A stretch of 62,930 bases of DNA, filler included, from Octopus bimaculoides (lineage: Eukaryota): the NCBI RefSeq assembly GCF_001194135.2. It is 5 parts of 4 records of this genome, joined end to end, with 100 filler letters (N's around TTAATTAATTAA, not from the genome) between each part and the next. Parts side by side here need not be neighbours in the genome. Positions count along the whole stretch, not along the records: positions 1 to 23,350 come from NC_068981.1; 4 more parts are not named here. One strand, given 5' to 3'. The notes under the pieces are model-generated. The model ran no database searches and was not told the origin of the DNA. It worked only from the letters and a program-made list of their open reading frames with translations. Positions 1-12,647 of the stretch are shown here, one piece after another. Within the stretch, counting starts at the first letter, position 1. Every line of letters begins with the position of its first letter. A program made the position numbers and the translations under genes.

Positions 1-75
1 ATATATATATATATATATGTATGTATGTGTGTATGTATGTATTTATGTATGTATGCATGTGTGTATGTACGTATG

Positions 76-108
<33 letters not shown>

Positions 109-125
109 AGATAGATAGATAGATA
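1..125. repeat. Compound microsatellite (TA)n/(TATG)n/(TAGA)n
   Basis: Directly visible simple repeats. Confidence 0.9.
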
Positions 126-129
126 TGCT

Positions 130-620
130 TATATGAGTACAGGACGTCTCAAAACGTAAACAACATTGAAATATGAAAATAAAGTAGGGTACGCAAGCAA
201 CGAGAGAAACAAATGGAAAACAAGGCAAGTAACATAAAGAACGACCCTACATCAGTTGTCGGCTCTCCTTGTACTCCTTATTGCGAGCAATGAACAGCAA
301 TATAAGACACTGAAGGCTGTTGCACCCACGAACCAAAATATAATTTGTGATTTGAAGAGGGTCAAAGTTGGTAACAAAAGGAGGACATTGGAGATATACA
401 AGGAAACCAAATGTAAATAAACATGGAGGGCCGTTAGACCAGATGGGGTAAAGTAGTCAAGGCTGGAGAAATATTGTCTTTGACAAGAGAAAAGATAGAA
501 GAGGAGATAGATAGGAATACGTGCAGTCTGTACGACAGCACTGAAGGAATAGAAAGATAATCACGTGAGGAAAAAGATGGACGATGTTCACGTGTGAGCA
601 ACGAGAGTGAGTACAGGAGG
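130..620 (-). mobile_element. Possible 3' end of a Penelope-like element (GIY-YIG C-terminus plus 3' region)
   Basis: Minus-strand reading '..QYFSSLDYFTPSGLT' resembles the PLE terminal motif 'I..L.T..P.GLN'. It is followed by a CTGATG(T)AGGG half-hammerhead at about 250-262. Very degenerate. Confidence 0.3.
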
Positions 621-940
621 AATAGGGAGAGAGAGAGACAGATAGTAAAAGGTGAAGGGGAGAAAAAAGAATTAGAGACCGGATGAGAGAGGAAAGGAAG
701 GGGAAAGAGAGAGAGAGAGAGAGAGAGAGGGGGGAACAGTAAAGGTTAGAGTCGCATCAAAAATGTTCAGATAAACTTACTTGGAAATAGATGCGTAGCG
801 TTCAATCAAATGATAATATAAATTATATGTATATATATTAATAATAATAACATTACAACAAAAGAATGAATGAGACCGCAATATTATGCAAAATAAAGGA
901 ATTTATCTATAAATATATGTGACAATTAGTTGGTTGTCAT

Positions 941-1000
941 AATAAAACTCGTAGTTTCGGATACCGGTGCTGAAAACTGCTCCAGCATCTCATCAGTTAG
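941..1000 (-). ncRNA. Type-I hammerhead-ribozyme-like motif in a probable inverted PLE terminal repeat
   Basis: Minus strand: CTAA-CTGATGA-GATGCTGG..CCGGTATC-C-GAAA-CT ACG AG-TT-TTA. Core boxes are intact; stem II has one extra C, stem I is 3 bp, stem III is 3 bp, and the cleavage triplet is GUU. Confidence 0.5.
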
Positions 1001-1021
1001 CCAATTCAGTAATCATTCAGT

Positions 1022-1870
1022 ATGAGCCAATTCAGTTATCATTCTAGGGCAATCACTAGGAATGTAGTTAAGAATATTTCATTTAGATTGTCTAAGTTAT
1101 GTGCTAATGTTGACATTTTCAATGATAAGACTGAATTTTATAACTTTGCCTTACTTAAAGCAGGTTATACAGATAAAGTTATCTACATTAATTCCATTCA
1201 ATCTTTTTCTACATTTACTAATGGAGACATGAAATCTAGTTGTAAGGATATAAACGATATCAATTTTAATTTATACGCCAACACCAAACAGAGGAAGGGA
1301 GATAACCCTTATTTAAACTCCTTTTTTTTCATTCTAAATGTAAATCGATGTCTTTTAAAGATACTTCCACTAAAAATAAGGCAACTAATAGTAAAACTAT
1401 TTGATTGATTATTCCTTATGGGAGGCAAATTAAATCTAATCTTACTTTGCTGGTTCGGGAAGCTATTATTAGGAATTTTCCAAAGAATTCTAGGTATTAC
1501 TTTATTATCAACTCGCACACGGTTAGGATTGTTTTTCCAACACAAAAAATCTCTTACAAATTATCTCCTCACATAATATTAGTCTGTTAAATAAGAATAC
1601 ATTTATTAATAATAACATTAATTTAGCTAATACCATCCGTCGTCCTAGATATATTAATAACAAGGTTATTGTCTCTGAAGTAAATTCCAATAGAATTAAG
1701 TTTATGTCAAGTAATTCTAAAATTAAAAACTCTATATACCAGTGTAAAATTACTTCAGGTACCGATGTCTTTTTTCTATAGGTAGTTCTTCTTCTCAGTT
1801 ATCTAAAAGAATTTCTAATCATTACTCTACATTTAGGGATAGGAATAAACGTAACAGTACTTGCTGCTGT
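1022..1870 (+). mobile_element. Penelope-like element 3' fragment (RT thumb, linker, GIY-YIG endonuclease), frameshifted
   Basis: 'ISFRLSKLCANVDIFNDKTEFYNFALLKAGY' (thumb), 'IIPYGRQIKSNLTLLVREAIIRNFPKNSRYYFIINSHTVRI' (linker) and 'SIYQCKITSGTDVFFY/IGSSSSQLSKRISNHYSTFRDRNKRNST' (GIY-YIG) occur in the expected order. Confidence 0.8.
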
Positions 1871-1899
1871 GTCCAAAAGGATAGCCTCATTCCACTTTA

Positions 1900-2360
1900 C
1901 TCATCACGTGGATAGAGAAACTCACCCCACCTTCTACAGTTACCTTCACAGCTCAGTCCAACCATCAACACCCGGCTCATCAACATCACCATCATTATCA
2001 TTATTATCGTCAGCAATATCATCATTGATACCCTTATCTTCACCACTACCATTATTTTCATAGCTTTGTAATATATTAACAGCTTATCATTTATTACCCT
2101 CATTATTTTCACCATCATTACCAGCACACAAAACTTTAATATCAGCAAAATCATCATCACCTCATATCATTATCATCATTGTCATCATTATTATTACCAT
2201 ATTTTCCACCAACATCATCTTCATTATCATCAACGTTATCAACACTATTACCATCACTGCTTTCATCATCATCCGCAACACTATCATTGCCATCTCCCTC
2301 CTAATCATTACAGCACTACCGTTATCAGCAATATCAATGTCATTAGCGACCCTGTCTTGC
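1900..2360. repeat. Cryptic, degenerate (ATC/ATT)n trinucleotide tract
   Basis: Strong 3-bp periodicity of ATC/ATT/ACC; yields spurious M/I-rich minus-strand ORFs. Confidence 0.75.
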
Positions 2361-2429
2361 ATTCCAGCACCAATATCACATTTATCAACATATTAATCAA
2401 CAAAGCTACCACAAAGCTATTCTGTTATT

Positions 2430-2431
2430 CC

Positions 2432-2499
<68 letters not shown>

Positions 2500-2750
2500 C
2501 TTTTCTATATTTCTTTCTTTCTATCCTAACAAACATTATATAAGGCTCACGACTTTTCTCCTTAAAAGTAGTTTTTTCTTTATTTATTGTTTTGATAATA
2601 TATTTGCTATTTAGTTCTAATAACGTTCATATAATTAGAAAATCCAATGACACATACATACATACATGCATACATACATACATGCATACATACATACATG
2701 CATACATACATACATACATACATACATACATACATACATACATACATACG
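2430..2750. repeat. (CTAT)n at about 2432-2497 and (TACA)n at about 2652-2748
   Basis: Directly visible. Confidence 0.9.
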
Positions 2751-2950
2751 CATCAGAACGCAGGACTTTTTGCCAGTGCTGCTTCTACTCATTTCAAAGA
2801 TTTGAACAAAGTCGACTCCGACATCGGGACCAAATCCATGCAAGCATGAATGCACGCTGGCAAAACGCTGCCCCTTTAAATGAAAACCTTACCTGTCATT
2901 GTGGCTTTGTGGCAAGGAGCAGAGTATGCCTTGCTGTCCACTCAAAAACA
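2750..2950 (+). mobile_element. Possible C-terminal zinc-finger tail of an RTE-type LINE ORF2
   Basis: 'FEQSRLRHRDQIHASMNARW..NLTCHCGFVARSRVCLAVHSKT' resembles the 'FE..R.....KR..RK.R....C..CG..C.SR.GL.SH.R' end of RTE ORF2. Confidence 0.35.
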
Positions 2951-3775
2951 AAACAAAAATGTAGTAACTGATACACAAGCACTCAGCAAACTGTGTACTC
3001 AACTTGTTCAATCGGTCAACATGTTTGCAAGCCACCAGTATCTGAAGAGACACATGCATGTCCATATAATGATTACCGCTTTCTCTCACGGAACCCTCTT
3101 TTGTCATTCACAAAAGAATCCATCAGAGATATATATTTATATATATAAAAGCCGATTGAGAGTCTTGTTAGAACATCAGACGGTTTGCCTGACGGAGTGT
3201 CGTATGTTATTGTTCTGACACCACGTGAGAAATAGCAGAAAAAATAAATGCATCAACTCAGTGCTAAAATTTAAAGTGACCAACATCGTACGGGTCGGTA
3301 CTGAATTCCTGAAGAAACACTTATTTCTCGCTAGAAGAAAAGCATTTTATATGTGACTTAAAGTTTATGCATGGGTATGTCGGGTAGATTAGAAAATGAT
3401 GACAATATCAACATGGTCTCGCCTGGATTCCTGACCACTGCATCAAGTCATGTCTTAATGGGCATGCTCTTGCAATTCAAAAGCAAGAGATAGCTCGTCA
3501 ATAAACGAGATAATTAAGTCCTTAACGATGCCATTCTTCTGTAGAGAACATAACATGTGTAATCAGCTGTCCAAAATTATCATCGGGATACTACCGCCTA
3601 TAAAGACATGATAGTGTTTCTAATTCCCTATGCCTTGCCGACTGCAGATAAGACTGACCTGGGGTAAATATAAGCAGCACCTCTGCAATTGATGGGATAC
3701 AAAATATGAGCTCAAAGAATATTGGTGAAACATTCCCACGAAGACGTTTTGTAAGCGCAAAAACGACCTGACATA

Positions 3776-5045
3776 CAGGGGTTGGACAAAATAATGGAAG
3801 CACCTAGCATCATAGCATCATAATTTTGAAATATCTGTAAAACCGTCAAAAGCTTGTTTTTTTATGTTTTTTTTTATATTTTTAGTGTTGCTTAATATTT
3901 TTTGCTAAAATTGCTGTTGCTTTTCAGATATCATCAGAAAAATGTAATTAAAATTCATTAAAATGACAGATCTATCGGACTTTCAATGAGGTCAAATTGT
4001 TAGTGCTCGTATGGCAGGCGCTAGCGTAACGAAAACAGCCGAAATGTTTGGTATATCAAGAAGTAATGTCTCGAAAGTAATGACAGCTTTTGAGAAAGAG
4101 GAAAAACCCTCCTCGTCGAAAATAAACTCCGGAAGAAAACCAAAACTTTTAGATAGGGAACGTCGGACACTTACACGAATTGTTAGAAAGGATCACAAAA
4201 GTACAGCTCCCAAAATTACTGCACAGCCTAATGACCATCTCAAGAACCTAGTTTCCACAAAAGCTGTTCGCTGGGAGCTGCACAAAGCCGGATTTCATAG
4301 GTGGGCTGCAATCAGAAAACCACTACTTTCAAAAACAAACGTTGCAAAGCGTTTAGAGTGGAATAAAAACCTACTGAATTGGTCCTTAGAAAAGTGGAAG
4401 AATGTTATTTTCTCGGACGAGTCATCCTTTACCTTATTTCCGACCACCGGCCGAGTATACGTGTAGAGACATCCAAAAGAAGCATTTGACACAGGCTACC
4501 TTCTTCCAACTGTTAAACATGGAAGAGGATCTGTGATGATCTGGTTGGGGGCTATATCTTGGGAATCCGCCGGCCCAATGCTTTCCCTTCATGACGGAAT
4601 TAATAGTCAAGGCTATTTAAGAATTTTATCTGATAAAATTCATCCTATGGTTGCGGAACTGTTTCTGGAGGGACACAGAATCTTTCAGGATGATAATGCA
4701 CCAATTCACGCAGCTAAAGTTGTTACTGAATGGCACGAGGAACATTGTAGTGAAGTTAAACATCTTATCTTACCACCGCAGTCCCCAGATCTCAATATTA
4801 TTGAACACTTATGGTGCATTTTAGAAAAACAAGGAGTCGATAACCTCCACCATCATCACTACAAGAACTGGAGACTGTTTTATCTGAAGACTGGACAAAA
4901 ATTCCTTTGGCAATAATTGAAACTTTGTAGGAGTCTATACCTCGTAGAATTCAAGCTGTAATTACTGCCAAAGGCGGTCCTACCCAGTATTCAAATAAAT
5001 TCGTTTGACATTTTAAGGTGTTTCCATTATTTTGTCCAACCCCTG
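3776..5045 (+). mobile_element. Full-length Tc1/mariner DNA transposon, DD36E type
   Basis: 30-bp TIRs CAGGGGTTGGACAAAATAATGGAA(G/A)CACCT with 1 mismatch; TA at 3774-75 and 5046-47; 1270 bp; transposase inside. Confidence 0.95.
3963..4993 (+). pseudogene. Tc1 transposase pseudogene (HTH plus DD36E catalytic domain)
   Basis: MTDLSDFQ*GQIVSARMAGAS.., FSDES, FQDDNAPIH, SPDLNIIEHLW, ends GGPTQY. Two in-frame stops and a frameshift near 4830. There are 36 residues between the second D and the E. Confidence 0.9.
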
Positions 5046-5287
5046 TATTTATTTGGGAAAGAAAAGAAAAGTTATGTATAGTCATAGAGATAATTTACAC
5101 TGCAGATGTGAACGTATCTTCGAAAATCAGTGAGAAGAATATCTATGGACAACAGCATGTAAACCTGCCACTCCTCTACCTAGGATTATTCATATGAATA
5201 ATCGTTGGTGCTCTAGGTTATGTTAATACGTAAGCCACAATCCGAAGAAACCATGGTTTTTAAACAAAGAAAGAGGTGGATAGCGTG

Positions 5288-5442
5288 AAGCGTAGGAGTG
5301 GCTGTGTTGTAAGTAGCTTGCTTCCGAACAACATGGTTTCGGGTTCAGTCCCGGGCAAGTGTCTTCTACTCTAGCTTCGGGCTGACCAAAGCCTTATGAG
5401 TGGATTTGGTAGACGGAAACTGAAAGAAGCCCGTCGTATATA

Positions 5443-5497
<55 letters not shown>

Positions 5498-5703
5498 GTT
5501 TGTGTATCTGAGTTTGTTCCCCCTAACATCGCTTAACAACCGATGCTGGTGTGTTTACGTCCCCGTAACACTAGCGGTTCGGCAAAAGGGTCCCATAGAA
5601 TAAGTACTACGCATACAAAGATTAAGTTCTAGGGTCGATTTGCTCGACTAAAGGCGGTGCTCCAGCATGGCCACAGTCAAATGAGTGAAACAAGTAAAAG
5701 AGT
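5288..5703 (+). mobile_element. tRNA-derived SINE family A (head AGCGTAGGAGTGGCTGTG.., internal microsatellite, tail ..GTCAAATGAGTGAAACAAGTAAAAGAG)
   Basis: Pol III A/B box-like head; homologous copies at 5890, 10181, 46543 and 58346. Confidence 0.85.
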
Positions 5704-5889
5704 ATAACCTTTAAGGTGAAACAGAAAATATGCAAGAATTTCTTCAAGTTTGATCTGTAACAATTGCTGTAACCTAAATTTCGGTCATGGAGCTTTTGAT
5801 TTCTATTAAGAAACCAGCTCTCACATTTGAGAAAGAATAGTAATAGATAAAAAGAACATTAATACTCATTATGCAAGCATATTCATTTT

Positions 5890-6169
5890 TCTTGTATTTG
5901 CTTCAGCCATTTGACTGCGGCCATGCTGAACCACCGCCTTCAGTGGAACAAATCGACCCGAGGACTTATTCTTTGTAAGCCTAGAACTCATTCTATCAGA
6001 TGATTTTTTGCCGAACCGCTAAGTTTCCGTCTACCAAATCCACTTACAAGTCTATAGTCGGTCTGAGGCTATAGTAGAAGACACCTGCCCAAAGTGCGAC
6101 ACAGGAGGATTGAAATCAGAACCATGTGGTTGGGAAGCAAACTTCTTACCACACAGCCACGCCTACGCT
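5890..6169 (-). mobile_element. SINE family A, internal microsatellite segment deleted
   Basis: Reverse-complement homology to 5288-5703. Confidence 0.85.
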
Positions 6170-6262
6170 TATGTATGTATATATAAATGTCAAAGCCTGT
6201 TAACGAATGGTAATATGCGCATGTATTTGATATATAGCTATATAAGTATGTTCATTTGCATA

Positions 6263-6299
<37 letters not shown>

Positions 6300-7156
6300 C
6301 GTGTATGCATGTGGCTGTGTGTGTGTGTGTGTGTGTGTGTTATATGGTGTGAATGTGTGAAATACATAGAGAACGAGTATTTCATGCTCGAAAATTCATT
6401 TAATATTTTATTCATACACAAGTGTTTGTATTATCTACGCAGTTGTTTAGTGTGTGTGTGTGNNNNNNNNNNNNNNNNNNNNNNNNNNNNNNNNNNNNNN
6501 NNNNNNNNNNNNNNNNNNNNNNNNNNNNNNNNNNNNNNNNNNNNNNNNNNNNNNNNNNNNNNNNNNNNNNNNNNNNNNNNNNNNNNNNNNNNNNNNNNNN
6601 NNNNNNNNNNNNNNNNNNNNNNNNNNNNNNNNNNNNNNNNNNNNNNNNNNNNNNNNNNNNNNNNNNNNNNNNNNNNNNNNNNNNNNNNNNNNNNNNNNNN
6701 NNNNNNNNNNNNNNNNNNNNNNNNNNNNNNNNNNNNNNNNNNNNNNNNNNNNNNNNNNNNNNNNNNNNNNNNNNNNNNNNNNNNNNNNNNNNNNNNNNNN
6801 NNNNNNNNNNNNNNNNNNNNNNNNNNNNNNNNNNNNNNNNNNNNNNNNNNNNNNNNNNNNNNNNNNNNNNNNNNNNNNNNNNNNNNNNNNNNNNNNNNNN
6901 NNNNNNNNNNNNNNNNNNNNNNNNNNNNNNNNNNNNNNNNNNNNNNNNNNNNNNNNNNNNNNNNNNNNNNNNNNNNNNNNNNNNNNNNNNNNNNNNNNNN
7001 NNNNNNNNNNNNNNNNNNNNNNNNNNNNNNNNNNNNNNNNNNNTTCCGCGGAAACAATAGAAAATCTTGTACAATTTCTCTGTCTGCTCTTTTTCTCGAA
7101 TCATTGTCTCTGTTTCTTTTTTCTCTCTATTTCTCTCACTTTCATTCCCCCTCATC

Positions 7157-7211
<55 letters not shown>

Positions 7212-8317
7212 GACACACAAATACTTAGATACACACACATATACGCGCCCACTGTTTACTCACCTTATGGCAGCACTATTTCACAAATTCTTCTGTTTCT
7301 TTCAGCACCTTGTGTTTTCGAAATGTAAATCTATTTACCATCATTTTGGAATAATTTCTTGGAAGTTTCTAGTGTCAATATCAACCATCTCGCCCTAATC
7401 TTTGTCAAAATACTTTCGATTTGCATTGCATTAAAATATGCAGTTGGGAGATTATTTTATTTTTTATGCTGTCTGGTTGTTGTGAACTTTGCTTTTCTTC
7501 ATAGAATCTAGAATTAACAAATTTGTTAATGCGATAAAATATCCCCTAAAGTGTAAGATGTTCAACTAGAAGAGTTCGAGCGACGCTTATTCTAAAACGA
7601 TATTTCAGCAAATAACTTTGTAGAAGACTTTTGACATAGAATGTGAATATGTGTGTGCCCTCAGCTTTGAGTGCACTGCTTTCTATTGCAGATACAGCTG
7701 TAAGCTAATGAAGGTGATTACGTAACTTCTGTATGATTGTCATTTTCATTCTGTGTCTTGTATAGATAGTAAACCTGCCTCGGTTCCTCTGAACTAGTTG
7801 TATACAACTTTCAACCATTTCTATCCGACACACTGGTCTTATCCCTTCTTGTCCTCTGTAACGTGTCATGTCATTCAGTCCTTGCACTGCAGTGTAAGAT
7901 GTACAAATATTAACAACACCCTAGAACTATTGGAGCAACTACAATTCTCTTTCCCGCTACGTTTTTCTTATAACCTTCACATTTTCCTCCCAACTACGCT
8001 ATATATAGTAAAAAAAGAAAACTGGAATAGATGCAGCGTAGATGTGCTCATCCTTTTCTATAGATATTTTGTATAAGTTCGTACAATGACAAAAAACAGC
8101 TTCCATAATTTCTGTTAACCTATCCATATTATTGGTGTTATAGTTGCTCACTTCCATATTATATCTGATCAATGAGATCTTCTATCAAAAACATTTTATT
8201 CATGTCAAAGCCACCTATTTAAATATTTGATGTGGTATTTGCTATACTTCGTAAATACATAACATGTTCTGTCATTTATTTCAATGTGTTTTTTTTCTTT
8301 TTGGAAAACTTTACATT

Positions 8318-8407
<90 letters not shown>

Positions 8408-9275
8408 CAGGGTGTTTCAAAAAATTTGATATCATTTCGCAATCTAATAACTTTGCCAGTTCTTGTTCAAATTTTAACACCATGTGTAGAAATAGGTCAA
8501 GATTTTATGTTTAATGTTTGATATGTTTATCTTTTCAGATATAGAAATGGCATCCACTGGAAGAGAAAAGGCGTTCTGTGCGTTGGAGTATGCTCGAACA
8601 CAGTCGAACAAAATTGTGCAACATGCATTTGTGAGAGAGTTCTCTAAAAAGTCACCAACTGCAATGCAGATTTGAACAGGTCACAAAAAATTCAAAGAGG
8701 AAGGCTGTCTGTGCAGGGCAACAGGATCTGGACCACCACTAACATCGGAAGAGACGGTCGACCGGGTTCACCAAAAACTCATGGCAAGCCCCATGAAGTC
8801 CATAAGAAGAACAAGTCTGGAAACCCAGATTCCTCCAACGGCAGTTTGGTGCACCCTAAGTAAACGCTTGCTAATGAAATCCTACAAGCTGCAGCTTGTT
8901 GAGGCCATAATGGCAGATGACAAGTGAAATCAAAAACATGGGTATATGTCCCCAACCTTCTTCCTGCGAACCTACAGGAACTCGAGCAGAGAATCACTAC
9001 CGCGCCGGAGACTGGTACCCAAGATATGCGACAGCGTGTTTGGAAGGAGCTGGACTACTGACTTGGCTAGTACCGTGTCTCAGACAGTACACATATTGAA
9101 CACTTTTGAAATCGTTCGTGGAATCCACATACCTTTGAATTTCTCAGTGAAATTTAGAGTAGAGGAATAAATCTTATGCTGCTCAAAATTAAGCCTGTTT
9201 AGTTTCATTTGCTTAGACTATGTAGTTTCTGTGATATTTACATCTCAAATGAAATAAAATTTTTGAAACACCCTG
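8408..9275 (+). mobile_element. Non-autonomous Tc1/mariner (rosa-like, DUF4817-type N-terminus) deletion derivative inserted at the end of a (TG)n tract
   Basis: TIRs CAGGGTGTTTCAAAAA..TTT; TA on both sides. MASTGREKAFCALEYARTQS..KSYKLQLVEAI..DDK is joined directly to the C-terminal '..YVP..LPANLQELEQRIT..RVWKELDY..THIEHF'; the catalytic domain is absent. Confidence 0.85.
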
Positions 9276-10126
9276 TATATGTGTATATATCTATCTATTT
9301 AACTATATATATATATATATNNNNNNNNNNNNNNNNNNNNNNNNNNNNNNNNNNNNNNNNNNNNNNNNNNNNNNNNNNNNNNNNNNNNNNNNNNNNNNNN
9401 NNNNNNNNNNNNNNNNNNNNNNNNNNNNNNNNNNNNNNNNNNNNNNNNNNNNNNNNNNNNNNNNNNNNNNNNNNNNNNNNNNNNNNNNNNNNNNNNNNNN
9501 NNNNNNNNNNNNNNNNNNNNNNNNNNNNNNNNNNNNNNNNNNNNNNNNNNNNNNNNNNNNNNNNNNNNNNNNNNNNNNNNNNNNNNNNNNNNNNNNNNNN
9601 NNNNNNNNNNNNNNNNNNNNNNNNNNNNNNNNNNNNNNNNNNNNNNNNNNNNNNNNNNNNNNNNNNNNNNNNNNNNNNNNNNNNNNNNNNNNNNNNNNNN
9701 NNNNNNNNNNNNNNNNNNNNNNNNNNNNNNNNNNNNNNNNNNNNNNNNNNNNNNNNNNNNNNNNNNNNNNNNNNNNNNNNNNNNNNNNNNNNNNNNNNNN
9801 NNNNNNNNNNNNNNNNNNNNNNNNNNNNNNNNNNNNNNNNNNNNNNNNNNNNNNNNNNNNNNNNNNNNNNNNNNNNNNNNNNNNNNNNNNNNNNNNNNNN
9901 NNNNNNNNNNNNNNNNNNNNNNNNNNNNNNNNNNNNNNNNNNNNNNNNNNNNNNNNNNNNNNNNNNNNNNNNNNNNNNNNNNNNNNNNNNNNNNNNNNNN
10001 NNNNNNNNNNNNNNNNNNNNNNNNNNNNNNNNNNNNNNNNNNNNNNNNNNNNNNNNNNNNNNNNNNNNNNNNNNNNNNNNNNNNNNNNNNNNNNNNNNNN
10101 NNNNNNNNNNNNNNNNNNNNNNNNNN

Positions 10127-10166
<40 letters not shown>

Positions 10167-10180
10167 ATATATATATATAT

Positions 10181-10327
10181 GACGGGCTTCTTTTAGTTTC
10201 CCTCAACCGAATCCACTCACAAGGCTTTGGTCAGCCCACGGCTATAGTAGAAGACACTTGCCTAAGGTGTCATGCAGTGGGACTGAACCCGAAACCATGG
10301 TTCTTACCACGCAGCCGCGCCTGCGCC
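10181..10327 (-). mobile_element. SINE family A 5' part (remainder in gap)
   Basis: Homology to 5288-5430. Confidence 0.8.
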
Positions 10328-11760
10328 TATAGGTTTAGATTTACTAAAGATTTCAGATCTCGAATTAAGCAGTACAGTGAAGTTTTGAGATCTAAAATAA
10401 ATGAGATGTTTCAGTTACGTACAGCCTGCATCTCTTTGATTGTGTGTAGTGCTTTACTTGGCTCTGTGTAGTGTAGAGTTGGTTTACAGATCCCATTAAC
10501 ATGCCTTTATTTTTATCCATGTGTCAGAAAGAAGACTAGTGGTTTGCGTATCTTTTAAAAAAAATTATTATCGCTTACACCAACGTAATTTTTTAATTTC
10601 CTTATTCCTTTATAGATAAATAAATAGTTAGCTAGATAGACAGATATTCCAAAATATGAGTGAGAGTGAGTGTTGGCTTATTACTTAGAACACTAACATC
10701 TTGTGTGTCCTTGTTAATCTTCTTATAAATAGTTATATATTTTCGTTTCTTTTAATTTCATTTGCAAAATTTTTGATGTGAATTCCTGTGTTAGACAGAT
10801 ATGGAGTAGAGAGGGCATGTCTTTGAAATCGAAAATGGCAACGAAATAACTTTCAAAAACTTAGTTGATTAACTGATTGACCGAAAGACTAATCAAACGA
10901 TTACTTAACTGGTTAAATGTTTAATTAATAATAAAATACTAAAACAGAAACAATGCGTGTGTTTATTATTGGCACAATGACCCTCCATGATACAACAAAG
11001 TTCTATATTTCGTTTGTGCTGTGCCTGAGTTTTGTAGTCGGAGATGCCTCGTTTCTGGCTTTAACCTTTCCGTCTTGGCCAGTTAGTTCCTTTCTGTCTT
11101 GGCCAGTTAAATATACTTGTATTTCTTACGATTTAAACGTTCATTTTGTCAATTCACTTACATAGGAAGAAGTTATATGCCAGAGATATCGTGTGTCCCA
11201 GCCGTTGAAACAAGATGCACTGATACATATAAATCAAAAACTAATTATGTGAAATTAGTTCCAACATATGTGATTGAATTTATTGCTGTCACCATTGCAA
11301 TTACAATAAACAAAAGAAATAAACCAAATACTTTTGGATGAACAGAATCTCATCGTTGTTTTCTTTTATTGTCAAATAATAACAAGACAAATAATAATTA
11401 TTATTTTAAATACCGCTTATTATGTGATCGTTTATTATATCACAGCTTATTTTTGTTGACAGCTCAACTACACATACAACAGAGAGAATGGAAGAAGAAC
11501 GAACATCGAGTGCAATTTTTTTTTATATATTTTTTAAGAAAAACCAGCCAATGGAAGAAAGGGGTGAAGTACAAATACCTCTAAATAACTTCTAGTAACT
11601 CATATTTTGTTGTTATTTTATATTTTTCTTTTCTTTGCTTTATTTTTCTTTTCGCCTTCTCGCTAATGGCAGTTCCGTGGAATTGTTCTCCAAAAGGTGA
11701 AAATTGCTGCATATAAAAAAAACGTTCACACTAGTATTATAAAATTTTCAATTCTTTACG

Positions 11761-11808
<48 letters not shown>

Positions 11809-12201
11809 CACACGAGTTCACGTTGTCGTATTATTACAACAAAAGGGCTTTTCCAACGAAACTCCCTTCTGTGATGCATAGGTGAACTGTAGATGTTTTT
11901 TGCAAAAGATTTTTCCTTTCAGCTAACGTGACATCAAGTAAAAATCAGGTGTTTTTAAACTTCAAACCAATTAGCAAGGCTTCCGATTTTTCTTTGCAGC
12001 TCTAGCGCTTCTTTTATATTGCACAAAAACATGTTGCGATATCAGCAGCTTCTTAACAAATTGCATGATTGCCTTCAGAACAGGATCAAACTCAATTTCT
12101 GGTCATCGATGGGAACATTTCTATAGTTATGCTTCATACACAAAAACAGTCATATATACATCTGTCTATCTCTCTCACCATCCCTCATCACTGTCTCTCC
12201 G

Positions 12202-12286
<85 letters not shown>

Positions 12287-12613
12287 TGTATAGTATACCT
12301 ACCGTAGAATATATATATTAACTGTAATACATACATACAAATAACACACATACATGTGGAGTGGTAGGCAGAGGAAAAGTGCAAGAGAGAGAGAGAGAGA
12401 GAGAGAAGTAGAGAAGCAAACAGATGCAGGTCATACTTTTCATATATTTATTTATATAAAAAAAGAGTAAGCTTTCATGTAAACGCATGAACCATTGTAT
12501 AAAACCACCGTTGTCTGTAGTACATATGTATGTTTGTATATCTACTTCAAATATATGTGTATGTGTAGAGGGGGGGCCGTGTGTACACATAGGTACATAT
12601 ACACACAAGCATA

Positions 12614-12647
<34 letters not shown>

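Noticed and set aside
1625-1660. Minus-strand 'Y.DDG' resembling an RT catalytic motif
   Set aside because: It needs a frameshift, and the plus strand of this region clearly encodes the PLE linker/GIY-YIG; probably chance.
3170-3770. Possible Gypsy integrase relic on the minus strand ('RRDHVDIV', 'WCQNNNIRH', 'HTTLRQANRL')
   Set aside because: Only scattered short motifs across several frames; not enough to call.
11162-11220. Possible minus-strand 58-nt exon ('ASCFNGWDTRYLWHITSSY') and other isolated splice-like sites (11999, 48181, 57190)
   Set aside because: No recognisable protein, no consistent exon chain, and expected by chance.
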